Assembly: GCA_030141605.1 (NCBI GenBank)
Contig: JAQGDQ010002400.1
Location: 28,479-92,478, forward strand
Length of the DNA: 64,000 nucleotides
Origin: Tubiluchus corallicola
Taxonomy: Eukaryota > Animalia > Priapulida
Reading direction: 5' to 3'
Shown: positions 21,012 through 30,916 of the stretch, in pieces
Layout of the letters: every line of letters begins with the position of its first letter
Numbering within the stretch: position 1 is the stretch's first letter
The notes under the pieces: model-generated
Told to the model about the DNA's origin: nothing
Databases searched by the model: none
Seen by the model: only the letters and a program-made list of their open reading frames with translations
Program-made: the position numbers and the translations under genes

Positions 21012-23302
21012 GATCATCATCATCATCACCGTCATCATCATCATTCATTTTCAATCAGCTCGATGTATACGTCAGTGTGATCACTGTTTAAAAAAGATTA
21101 GTACGTCAAGAAATAAAAAATAAATAAGTGACTATAGGTTAGTAACAAAGACGAATTATAAACACATGTAATTATGATACAACATTAACAGAAGTTACAT
21201 CTAGACGATGTACCCAAGTATGTTATTCAGATCGTTATTGTTCAAAAAGAAAAACTCTATCATCCTTGCATTTTAAAATATCCATTACAGATTCTTTAAT
21301 TAGATTATCATTTTCATTAATCATGTAAATTGTGCATGTAATTAGTAATTATTGTGAAATAATTTTCACATATCTAATATTGTTTAATACCATTTTTATA
21401 ACTTAAATGTGTGATTATTAAAAAATTTTAATAAATATTATTCCATTGTCATTGCGTCCAGTAGGTACTTATTTTAGATATTGCTTCCCTATTACATTCC
21501 CTGTTTATATTACTGCCACCAAACAGCAGCTAGTTAATTATTGCAATTATGTAAATCTCAACCTGTTCGTCGATTTTTCTAGTTTTTGGTGTGGAACCCG
21601 ATCTTACTAGGGAGGGAGGAAGCATCCCTGTAACGCTGACATTCCAGGAAGTGACGGGAAAGAATGTTATGCTTCTTCCTGTCGGCGCATGTGATGATGG
21701 TGCTCATTCGCAGAATGAGAAGCTTGACCTTTCCAATTACATGAATGGGGTAATGTTTTACTTGCTTATTAGAGCACCCAATCTAAACTTGTAAGGTTCT
21801 GGGTTCAAATCTAGTCTAACTGGTTCAGAATTTTTCTGCACCTTCCTTCCTTCAATTAATTCAGCAGTCAGTTTACTTGTTGACTATACATAAACCATTG
21901 GTTTTAACTTTGGCTTACTCTAGCTCAGTGCCTAGAAAGCCTATCATTGAATTAATGCCAGTTAATTTGATTAAATCCATATTACTGTGGATAGATGTCT
22001 CTGATTGTGTACTATTAGGAAGGGATTTCAAACCTTCTCTGCTGTGTTGAGTAGATAGCTCAGATGGTAATGCATACATCCTGAAATTACAAGTTTCTCC
22101 GGTTGAAATCATATTGGTCCACAATTTTTTCAGTGCTTTACTCCTTGAATAAATAAGTCGTTAGTCTAATCATTAATTATACACAAGCTGCTATCTTAGT
22201 TCAGTATGTCTGTTGTTTCCAGTCGCACTGCAGAGGTCTTTATCTGGAATCATTCCGTGCAGAGTCCAGTTTGCATACATGTTGTAAGCAGAGAACTAAG
22301 TTTGCTATTTATTGATTTTATTTTGCAAAGGGACCATATCTATCGCATTTGTAGTGCCAAGTCTAATGCACACTTTCTTTAACATAACAACAAGAATACC
22401 CGAGTAGTTGTAGGGTTGCCACCCCATTATGAACCGAAGTCAGGAGTCAAGGGGTAGTGGGGTCCGGGATGGAGCCCCCGGAAATCAAGCATTTCCTTCA
22501 TTTTTTTAATGTTTTATGGGGTCTTTTTCAGTAGCTAAAATCACAAAATTCAAACTACAAAGTAGTAGAAATTCTTGATGTTAGACACCAAAAAAAACCT
22601 GAAAGTCAAATATTTACAAAAGTGCAAGCAGTGTACATCAAGTTTCTTCCCGGGGAGTTTCTTCCCAGTCAAATTTCTGCTGTTTTCTGAGATTTCTGGG
22701 ATTGGTTTAACAATCAAATTATTAAGCACTTTAGGTTTTGTGAATTAAAGCTAAAGCAGAAGAATACTTGCCTTGCAGCACTTGCCGCTGTTGCAAAAAT
22801 TGGCGAAAATTGTAGACAGGGTGAAATGATAAACCCTTATTAAACTTCATTTAACAAGTTTACTGTTGCCTTAGTTAACAGAAATTCATGTGTTTTTAGC
22901 TTAATCTTTTGCAAAAGTTTCAATAACATGCAAGTTGTATTTTCATTTTGTTTCCACTTAAAATTCAATGTGATGGTCAAAATCAAGAAATCTCAGAATT
23001 TTTCAAAAATCTGACCGAACTACAAACCAATGGCTGAATTTCAGGAGACTCTGGACCAAATCAGGACTGGAGGCAGCCCTAGACTTGTAGCGTGCGCTTT
23101 GCATTCAAAATTGGGCTGCACTAGATCTAGTAAGTGAATGGATGGTCACTTTGGATGGTTTTAGCGAAGTGTTTTGCTTTGGTGTTCTGTGATTGTAATT
23201 TTATTGATTGCTGTTTTCCAGATGAAAATGATGGCTGCTTATTTAGATGAATTATCCCGACTGTTTGCGACGGGAGATGGGGATAATCGGACAAAGTTGT
23301 AA
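4581..23302 (+). CDS. CNDP2: Cytosolic non-specific dipeptidase (peptidase M20A), 13 coding exons, ~485 aa
   Basis: Exons 4581-4606, 6268-6391, 7635-7805, 8603-8683, 10589-10744, 16233-16306, 16724-16798, 17248-17392, 18067-18166, 18787-18958, 20696-20781, 21583-21749, 23222-23302. All introns GT-AG with matching phases; total 1458 nt. Motifs [73 protein letters not shown]. Confidence 0.96.
5340..5600 (+). mobile_element. CR1 LINE 3' end fragment (ORF2 C-terminus)
   Basis: Translates as ..[49 protein letters not shown], the typical CR1 ORF2 tail; lies in CNDP2 intron 1. Confidence 0.8.
7882..8241 (+). mobile_element. tRNA-derived repeat, copy A (SINE-like; one ~319-bp monomer plus a 40-bp repeat of its start)
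   Basis: A-box TAGCTCAGCTGA at ~7997 and B-box-like GGATTCAAATTCC at ~8039; aligns with 17547-17795 and 53688-53954; direct repeat 7882-7921 / 8201-8241. Confidence 0.75.
8906..9642. mobile_element. hAT-type MITE
   Basis: TIR TAGGGATGTTAA(A)CGATA / TATCGTTAACATCCCTA; 8-bp TSD TGTGCCAA / AGTGCCAA (1 mismatch); subterminal CGATACGAT repeats. Confidence 0.85.
11745..11989 (+). repeat. 5' LTR
   Basis: TG...CA ends, 8-bp terminal inverted repeat, AATAAA at 11913, followed by the PBS. Confidence 0.95.
13036..15498 (+). CDS. Retrotransposon Gag-protease-integrase(N-terminal part) polyprotein, truncated by a deletion
   Basis: 820-aa ORF with SCAN-like capsid ([15 protein letters not shown]), two CCHC knuckles ([28 protein letters not shown]), protease LRDTGA, integrase HHCC ([16 protein letters not shown]) and core start IDCVGPLP. 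The ORF leaves the integrase frame after FFTQFG. Confidence 0.9.
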   Translation: MATFDPEMFWKGGLVTLPRLDKLTKDNLLALADYLNIELPTSAGKAKIIEILGNPEILKTARPREGEKSVISKSPHIPVHTPTRTDRNELELAKIALERERMELEKLRLEYQDKERQRDMEYNVKMKELELLTASTNLGAQQANNQTFDVIKNIRLVPKFSETDVETFFLTFEKIANNLKWPKAHWPVLLQSSFTGKAQEIYSSLPSTQSSNYEQLKSAVLKAYELVPEAYRQRFRNSRKGSNQTYVEFARNKEVMLDRWCRSLNVGESYEKLRQMVLLEDFKSSIPMQIKTHLENQKVDSLQKASVMADDYELANKTNFKSVQCTYCNKKGHVKTDCFKFLEKEKTAHSETISSKGGRHQDNKDASGGGYARDGPTCAYCRKKGHLRSECRILLRQKQRAGSPVAFAHNSSKEDTYSSFLSSGKVSPVSSVDTIKPVTILRDTGAAQSLLLQGVIPLDETSYTNASALIQGIEGGYIDVPLHRINLNSDYVKGPVTVGIVSHIPVDGVSLLLGNDVAGDEVITATSIVTPEPKMDAETEILEEMHPGIFPACVVTRSQAQINKDSSSEQVDDKDSSPPSTFPRENQSGSMALSHTFAAQMDKNSPTLSLKQEELIKAQTNDPSLNKLFSLVMSQEEIDNVSEGYYMQSKVLMRKWRPPDAPADEDWRVHHQIVVPQRYRKELMKIAHELPLAGHTGVKKTQDKILQHFFWPKLRKDVSQFCKTCHVCQMVGKPNQKIPIAPLNPLPVFEEPFSRILIDCVGPLPKTKSGYQYLLTIMDLTTRFPEAIPLKEMTTAAVVDALLKFFTQFGYATFRDLCYL
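15461..15682 (+). pseudogene. Out-of-frame C-terminal RNase H remnant of the Gmr1 element
   Basis: [45 protein letters not shown] is the Ty3/Gypsy RNase H C-terminus, lying directly before the PPT. Confidence 0.88.
15724..15968 (+). repeat. 3' LTR
   Basis: Matches the 5' LTR; preceded by the PPT and followed by the CGTG TSD. Confidence 0.95.
17547..17795 (+). mobile_element. tRNA-derived repeat, copy B
   Basis: TAGCTCAGCTGG..GGGATCAAATCCC core; flanked by a 14-bp near-perfect direct repeat AAAG(C/T)TTCACAAAT at 17533-46 and 17796-809. Confidence 0.75.
19580..19614. repeat. (AGATA)n microsatellite
   Basis: About 7 tandem AGATA units. Confidence 0.9.
20921..21046. repeat. Compound (TAT)n-(CAT)n microsatellite
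   Basis: About 30 TAT units followed by about 10 CAT units, in CNDP2 intron 11. Confidence 0.95.
21770..22170 (+). mobile_element. Diverged tandem pair of tRNA-derived repeats
   Basis: B-box-like GGTTCAAAT at ~21803 and GGTTGAAAT at ~22101, each followed by ..CA(G/C)AATTTTT; the intervening sequence resembles the tail and head of copies A-C. Confidence 0.5.
22411..23081. mobile_element. hAT-like MITE, degenerate
   Basis: Ends TAGGGTTGCCA / AGGCAGCCCTA; no clear TSD. Confidence 0.5.
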
Positions 23303-23420
23303 TTTCATCTTCAGGCTGCATTGAACTAGAAATTTAAACTTGTTGGAAATCTAAGTCGGATAGTTTTGGATTAAATTTATGAACTGCGAATTTAAGCTAT
23401 TTGTTCGTGATTTAGTAATA

Positions 23421-24036
23421 CAGTCAAACCTTGTTATACCGCCCCATTGTACCGCCAAACTCGTTTACCGCCTGCAAAATGGCCAGGAACAAAACCGCTC
23501 TATTGAACTGTTTATAAAAATAACCTGCTATATCGCCACCCATTACCGCCATCTGCCAGGCAAATTAATATATGTGTTCAATGGGGAAATACCTCCAGTA
23601 ATCTCAACTCTCTCAACTAACTTGATATAAAGCTTACTGTACCAAGCTGCTAATTGTCTCGTAGACACTGGTTTGACCTCACGTGTTGTGTTTAAATATC
23701 TGAATGTAAGTCATCATGTTTTGATTGCTTGCAAGCTATACCTACATTGCATAATTACAATTTATGCACCACTTCGTAGTTATGACTTAACCTCTTTTTA
23801 CATCCAGAAATGTTTAATGGAACAGTTGGCCTGCAATCTTTCGTATATGTAGTTGAGGACATGTTTATCACGTAAACGTTTAGAACAAAAATTGAGAACT
23901 CTAATCTATGTACACTCATCTGACTCTTTTGTAATTTGTCTATGGTAAAATATAATGCACCTCGTTATAATGCCAAACTCATTGTAACGCCAACTTTTTT
24001 TGGTCGCAAAGTGAGCAGCATAAAGAGGTTTGACTG
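23421..24036. mobile_element. pogo/Tigger-like MITE just downstream of the CNDP2 stop
   Basis: TA-CAGTCAAACCT ... AGGTTTGACTG-TA. Confidence 0.85.
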
Positions 24037-24383
24037 TAGTAATGTAAAACTTACATACTATATGGGTGGAATCGAATTAAGTGAAAGGACAGTCAAATTC
24101 TGTAGTTTTGAATTTTTTGTGAAAACTGGTTTTGGGTTTTTTTGTTGTGGGAAAAAGGGATAGAGGCAAAGGAGTTTCTTGTCTTTATTTTTATGGAGTC
24201 ATCTGTATGTGCACATTGATTTTTTTGTAAAATTATTTTTTAATAAATTGTTTGTTAAATTTAATCAAGTTTTCTAGCTCTGTTTGATGAAATTGTTTTA
24301 CCAGTAGCTATTTATCTGTAATTGCGAGCAAAAAGTGTGGACTGGAATACTCAAGCATTACTTTAGTTGTCATTTTAAGAAAC

Positions 24384-24572
24384 GGCAGCAGTGAAATTGA
24401 AAAGGACAGTCTGACTGCAAAGTCTAGACGTGGCAGCAATGAAATTGAAAAGGATAGTCTGACTGCAAAATCTAGACGTGGCAGCAATGAAGTTGAAAAA
24501 GATCGTCTGAGTGCAAAATCTAGACGTGGCAGCAATGAAGTTGAAAAGGATAGTCTGACTGCAAAATCTAGA
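24384..24572. repeat. 48-bp minisatellite, ~4 units
   Basis: Unit approximately GCAGCAATGAAATTGAAAAGGATAGTCTGACTGCAAAATCTAGACGTG, repeated head-to-tail. Confidence 0.92.
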
Positions 24573-25102
24573 TAACTGCTGAATTATTTTCTAATAAATT
24601 TCTGCAAATGTACAGAAACTACTCAATATTCTATGATCTCATATTCCAACAACCAGTTGGTTGGCCAATTGCCACAATGTAGAATAATTCTTTTGTGACA
24701 CCTAAACCAGAAATACCAACGGTTGAAAGTTTTGCTCACATGTCTCCTTTTTACATAGACAACTCGTGAATTTTTCTGATCTCTTGCTAAATTGTTGAAA
24801 TTTATTTAACTAACAAGTACACCACATACATACTACATTTTTTATACAAAATATCATATTATAACTTCAATTTTGGCTTTGGAAATGTTATTACCTGGGC
24901 CTGTTGTCCAGTTAAACCAGTGCGTCTGATTAATACTGACTACGATGTTCTTAGTAAAGCAAGATATTTGGTAAACTCACATTGTGGTTTGATCAGAACT
25001 CGCAAATGGTTTCCCACGTTTCAACAGTTGTGGCTACTTACTTTTTTTAATTAATTGGCCGCCTTGCTGAATCATTAACAATGCACTGAAAATGACTGAA
25101 TA

Positions 25103-25273
25103 CAGTCAAATCTTATAACGCCAACCTCCCTTAACGCCCAAATTTTTAGCAAAACAAAATGCTTGTATTTGCATAGAAATGTATGTATTAATGGATCTCG
25201 TTATAATGCCTAGCTTGCTATAACACCAACTTTTTTGAAGTCACAAATCAGGAGGTATAAAGAGTTTTGACTT
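25103..25273. mobile_element. Short CAGTCAAA-family MITE
   Basis: TA-CAGTCAAATC ... GAGTTTTGACT; internal CTCGTTATAATGCC is shared with the 23421 and 44684 copies. Confidence 0.7.
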
Positions 25274-25927
25274 TAGTCTTTAATTGAAGTACATACCCAT
25301 ATACTGGTATGTACATACCATACATACCAGTAATAAAACCAAGTATTATTTACCAACATATGCTACACAAGTTTTAGCTTCTTACAGTTAAAGGCAATTA
25401 ATGAATTTTTAGGTGCTTGAATGCTTGTTGTTTTTACAAATACGAACAATATTTTTTGTTCTAACATTTATTCACCAACAGAAGCTTGGCATAGTATAAA
25501 AATTCATTACAATGTTGTGTAAAAATGTGCGCTTCATTTTTTAAACTCTCCATATTTACAAATGACTTGAATGTGCAAAGCGCTTATTTACATGATAACT
25601 GTTTGTACTTTCGTAGTCACTTGTACAAACAACATTATGCGCCAACTATAAATATTAACAAAATTTAAATACAACACAAACGACATTTGTGAGGTTCAGT
25701 GATGAGTATACACATTTCACAAGCAGACGTAACAACAATACTCAGTCTAACCGATTACACTGGACAATTAATAGCTTAAGAGAACTGTTTTTATCACTCA
25801 AATGTGCTTCACATAATTGTCAACAACGATAACAACTATTCTAGGTGAATTGCAAGTGAGGATACGAAACATACTGGTGAGACATGTGAAACATCCATTC
25901 CTATTACAGATAAAATATCTAAACCTT

Positions 25928-28690
25928 TTACATACTGTGTATTCTCTCTCTTAACATATTTAACTGATTTGAGATCTCAGTTGGAAGATCATCTCCCACC
26001 TGATTGTCGAAATAACTTTGCAACTCTTCCACTTCTTCCAACCAGAAGTCCTTCGGCAGAGAGAAAAGTTTCTGAAGATCAACATTAGCTTGTAACCCAC
26101 TCAGGTTGAGGGCGTTGTTAGTCGGAATGTAACCCACAGCTGACGTGACAGCAGAATCTTCGCCGTCGCACCTCCTGAACACCCAGTCCAGCACTCGCGA
26201 GTTTTCTCCAAAGCCAGGCCACATGAATTTGCCATCCTCATTCTTTCTAAACCAGTTAACATGGAATATCCGTGGAACTTGTCCGCGTTTTTCCATGGAT
26301 AGCCAGTGTTTTAAATACTGTCCAAAATTGTACCCAAAAAATGGCCTCATAGCAAATGGGTCATGCATGATTACTTTGCCACGATGCTCAGCAGCGGCAG
26401 TAGCCTCTGATTTTACTGCAGCACCAATGAAAACACCGTGTTCCCATGAAAATGATTCATAAACAAGTGGAACTCCTTGTGGACGTCGTCCTCCAAAGAT
26501 TATTGCATCAATGGGAACACCTTCAGGATCTTCCCATTGTTCATCGATGATTGGGCATTGTGATGCTGGTGTGCAGAATCTGGAGTTAGGATGTGCAGCA
26601 GTTGATCCTGTCTCTTTTGTCCATGGCTGACCGTGCCAGTCTGTGATTGTTACATCTTTGTCACCCTCTTTTTCCAAGCCCTCCCAATAAACACCACCAT
26701 CACTTGTCTCGGCAACGTTGGTAAAAACCGTATTCTTAAGGCAAGTCTCCATTGCATTTGGATTAGTGGCATTACTTGTACCAGGAGCTACTCCAAAAAA
26801 TCCAGCCTCTGGGTTGATTGCTCTGAGTTGGCCTTCAGCGTCAAATTTCATCCAAGCAATATCATCACCTACACATTCAATTTTGTACCCAGGCAAAGTT
26901 GGGTTCATCATAGCCAAGTTTGTCTTGCCACATGCACTGGGAAAAGCTGCAGCAATGTAACGTTTGACCCCTTTGGGATTGGTAATGCCAAGGATCAGCA
27001 TGTGTTCTGCCAGCCAGCCTTCATCTCTACCAATGATTGATCCCAACCGCAATGCAAAGCATTTCTTGCCCAACAAAGAATTGCCTCCATAGCCACTTCC
27101 AAATGAGACAATTTCATTGTTTGCCGGTATGTGGGTAACAATGGTCTTTTGTGGGTTGCACGGCCAGTTATTTACAGGTGGTTTTTCCATGGGAAGAGGT
27201 TGTCCAACAGAATGAAGACATTTGATAAAGTCACCATTGCCCAAAGCTTCTAGAACCGAGTCACCCATTCTGGTCATAATTCTCATTGATACTACCACAT
27301 ACGGGGAATCAGTCAGCTCTATGCCAATCTTTGACAAAGGTGATCCTACTGGGCCCATGCTGAATGGTATTACATACATTGTGCGACCGCGCATGCATCC
27401 AGGGAAACGTTCCTGAACGGCTGCTTCGTAGTCGCTCGGACTTAGCCATTTTCCGAGAGATCCTGTTACTCCTGGACGAGTGATCGGGATACTGTCACGT
27501 TTGTTGGGAGTCACGATAAATGTCTTGCTTTCGACCCTGGCAACGTCGGCGGGATCAGTCTTTGCCAACCAGCTGCAATACAAAAACAACATAAATCCTA
27601 ACTAACAGTCCATATTAAACTTGAACACCCTTCATAATAACAGAAGGCAATACTCGGTAGTGCACTTCTACTGTCATTATGTTTGCGAACTCTACTTCTT
27701 AATGCAGTTAGAATAGAGTGGCAGACTGAGAGTGAGACCATAAGGTTTTGTGTTTCAATCCTGGGCGACTTGAATTTGTCAGTACTGTCCTCTTAATAAT
27801 AAGGGCCTAGCTTAATAATTAATTTCCATTTAATTTGGGTAGGTGGTACTGACTGATTGCGTGGTGCCTGGATTCAGAACTACCTTAGCCACGAGTGTTC
27901 ATAGCTCAAATGAAGAGAGCATTTACAGCAAGGTTCTATGTTCGAATCCTGGCTCATTTAGAATTATTCAAAGCCTTCTTCATTCTAAAATTTAACTGTT
28001 GATTATCATCTCCAAGTGTGATCATAAAAATGAAGAAGAACGATATGGCTTAACACTTACCAATTTTCGTACTTGGGCAATTTTTTTACCATGCCCATTG
28101 TCTCCATCATGGCGAACAGCTCTGCATTTTCTTCGTCACTGCCATTACAGATGTAGATTGAATCTGGTTTGCACAGTCTTGCTTTCTCCTCCACATAGTG
28201 ACGCACGTGTGGCCGAAGTGACTCCATATTGCCCTTAGCCATCACTATGTTCCACTCCTCATGTAACTTTGAACCACTGCATAAAACAAAATGTGATAAA
28301 AATATGTAAGCAAACGTTTTGTCCAAATTTGTTTTTGCAGCCTACATCCATCAATGTTAAAAAAACCTTTGGTGATTTTGTCTTTGCCATTCTTAGATAT
28401 CTGACATTAGAATCTGCTTACATTCAGAAAAGACTCGTATTCGAGAATGTCATTGAGCTTCAACTTTTCAAATTATGAAGCAACTCAACTAACTATAAGA
28501 GCGAATTTGACCTTTCTGTTTTCAAAGTTCTTGCAATACTACAGTTTTATTAAAAACTCGACGTGCAAAAGTAAAGAGAGCAGCAACAACCAAAAAACGA
28601 ATTGTCAAAGAAAACTTACGATTTTGTTGTGTTCACTGGACGTAACATCTCACGAGGTAGATGATTGTTATGCTTCACTATTGGCGCCAT
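25928..28690 (-). CDS. PCK: Phosphoenolpyruvate carboxykinase (GTP), 3 coding exons, ~643 aa
   Basis: Exons 28690-28620, 28276-28061, 27572-25928 (1932 nt, phases match). Motifs [79 protein letters not shown]. An in-frame stop lies upstream of the ATG. Confidence 0.95.
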
Positions 28691-28789
28691 CGCTTCGACA
28701 AAAGTAGACCTAGTCTCCTTTCAGATTGCTAAATAGCAGATGAATTTATCACTTTGCATTTGACAAAATCCTAAGGAGCCTTAGAAAAG

Positions 28790-29040
28790 TCTGCTTAGAA
28801 GCCAAGCGCCGCACGTGTTTTATGCATTTTCCTGTCACCTGGGCGTGGCTTTGTAGGCGGAGTGTAGTTTTTCACCCCGCGCATGTGTAATAATGATGTA
28901 TGCTCGCGTACGAGTCTCGTGCTTACGGCAGTAAACAGAAAACAACAGCTAGACAGTAGACACATGTCCGTTGAAGAAAAAAGTTTCAATGTCTAGTAGA
29001 ATGAGGTAGTTTTGCAAAGAACGGCAGTTGGGCGGTTATA
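28790..29040 (-). promoter_or_regulatory. Probable PEPCK proximal promoter
   Basis: Local CpG enrichment with a CACGTG E-box and GC boxes (GGGCGTGGC, GGCGGAG, GGGCGG) 100-350 bp upstream of the ATG. Confidence 0.45.
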
Positions 29041-29863
29041 TACTACTTTCATGCAAATCCATTCTTTTGTTCTATTCTTATTATTAAAAAATTAATGTAC
29101 AACCGTAGATTCAGATTCACTCGCATTCCCAGGTGGATGAAGCGCCAGCTTAACCCTTCCTTCTAAGAGAATAGAGTTCAAAGTACTATCCGCTGGATTT
29201 ATAGTAAAGGCTTAACCGAACAGTATTAGCACTTTGTACATTAGTTTTAGTACCTTGCTTTACGAATAAACTGCTGCATCAAGTTATTAAGTAGTTCATA
29301 TATAAAACATTAAAACAACCATTCCAGTTTATCTGCATGTCAGTTTTTCAATTTTATCATGTATAATGTATTTAAATTGTTTTCAGTTTGAACCTTCAAA
29401 GTTAAGCTGCGAATTTTGGTATAAGCAAGCGTTAATCAATGACACGAATATCTTTAATCTACTACGTGCGTAAGTAACTGTAAACAACAGTATTTACTTG
29501 GTAAACAAACAGTTTACCTTGTCAACAAAGGCTTGTATTACAGATAGATAAATGCTACACTCTTATAATTGGGCATTGCTATAATACATAAATCTGCAAA
29601 TTTCGTTAATGACATACCATAAATGTTTTACAATATAGATTACTATAATTTTATTAGAGCAACAATGTTTAATAGATAAAATATGGTATGGTAGCATTTC
29701 TGTAAATTCCGGTCAAGAAATGACGTTTCCTTTAACTAGAGTTTAAATAAAAGTATAATCTGTTCTTTAACTATGGTAGTCAGTGATTGTAAAACCATCC
29801 AGAATATACCAGAACAATTAATCAATAATCAAGTCTCTAGCCACTGGAGAGAAATGTGTCGTA

Positions 29864-30060
29864 CCGTAAACCTGGAGGGTCAAGGATTATAAACCAACAC
29901 TGACTTTCGTCATTAATTATTTCAAAACAATTACCATTGTTAATAATTTCATGGTACATTTATGTTCATTATTGTATGTCCATTATTATGCTGATTATAA
30001 ACTTTGCCCCCAGTTTTGCTTCACGTAAACTGTGCCGGTTCAAGTAACCCCATTTTACGG
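29864..30060. mobile_element. Short TA-flanked MITE
   Basis: TA-CCGTAAA ... TTTACGG-TA. Confidence 0.6.
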
Positions 30061-30874
30061 TACCTGATTTGTTTGAAATTCAGAGCTAAAAATGGGTCAC
30101 CAAATATGATCCCAATAGTAAAATAGGCCATAAGCCACTCGACTGATGGATGCCATGACCTAGACCTTTCCTTTCATACACTTTTTACGGTTTTAGAAGA
30201 AAATGACAATAAAAATAATGAAATTTGATTAGTGAAGTCTGTATACGTATGGAGTACGTAATGTTTTGTTAATGTTTCTATGTACTTTTTCATAGTATAA
30301 GGTGCGAATTATTAAAAAAGATTATTTATTCTGGTGGTTAGTAAGAGTATTTAAAAACTTGTCACGCATCATGTACATTTGAACAGCTTAACTAAAACAC
30401 GCTGATCGAAAATTATTTAAAACTGTCATTTTCTTTTGCTGATTTTTCTCGTCATTCGATAATCCTTTATACCTGCCATTATTCTTTTTCTTCTTGCAAA
30501 TGATAACTAGAAACTGCAGAGCTAAAATTAAAGTAGTATTCCATAGAGATTCTGCTGCGATTGTATGTTCTACTTAAAAATGACAAATTTAAAACTTTTT
30601 TTACAAAACAAGAATGGCTGATATTTAGTGTGCTGACTATAGCCAACATGATATAAATCAAAGTGAGTGAACTATTGCATTGTTGATTGGCGATATTTAC
30701 TTTAATAAATTCTTTTGATCAACAAATGTAATTAGACTGTCACGTTCGGTATGTCAACAATGTTTACAGAATTCTTATTGGGCAATGTCGTCACGATACC
30801 CGTTGGGTGAACTCTTCGTCTTCACACTATTATTTTTGGATCCGACACGAGGTGGTAGTTATACAGTTGTTACA

Positions 30875-30875
30875 G

Positions 30876-30916
<41 letters not shown>
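30875..30916. repeat. (GTT)n microsatellite
   Basis: About 14 GTT units. Confidence 0.9.

Noticed and set aside
20862-21080. Poly-Tyr/poly-His ORF
   Set aside because: It is the translation of a (TAT)n(CAT)n microsatellite in a CNDP2 intron.
24384-24572. CRISPR-like array or 16-aa repeat protein (ORF 24308-24535)
   Set aside because: Units are contiguous with no unique spacers, there are no cas genes and the context is eukaryotic; the ORF is a by-product of the 48-bp period.
26145-27416. Antisense ORFs over PEPCK (likewise over GT92, LYPLAL1 and the large MAPK7 exons)
   Set aside because: Shadow frames of real coding sequence with no recognisable motifs.
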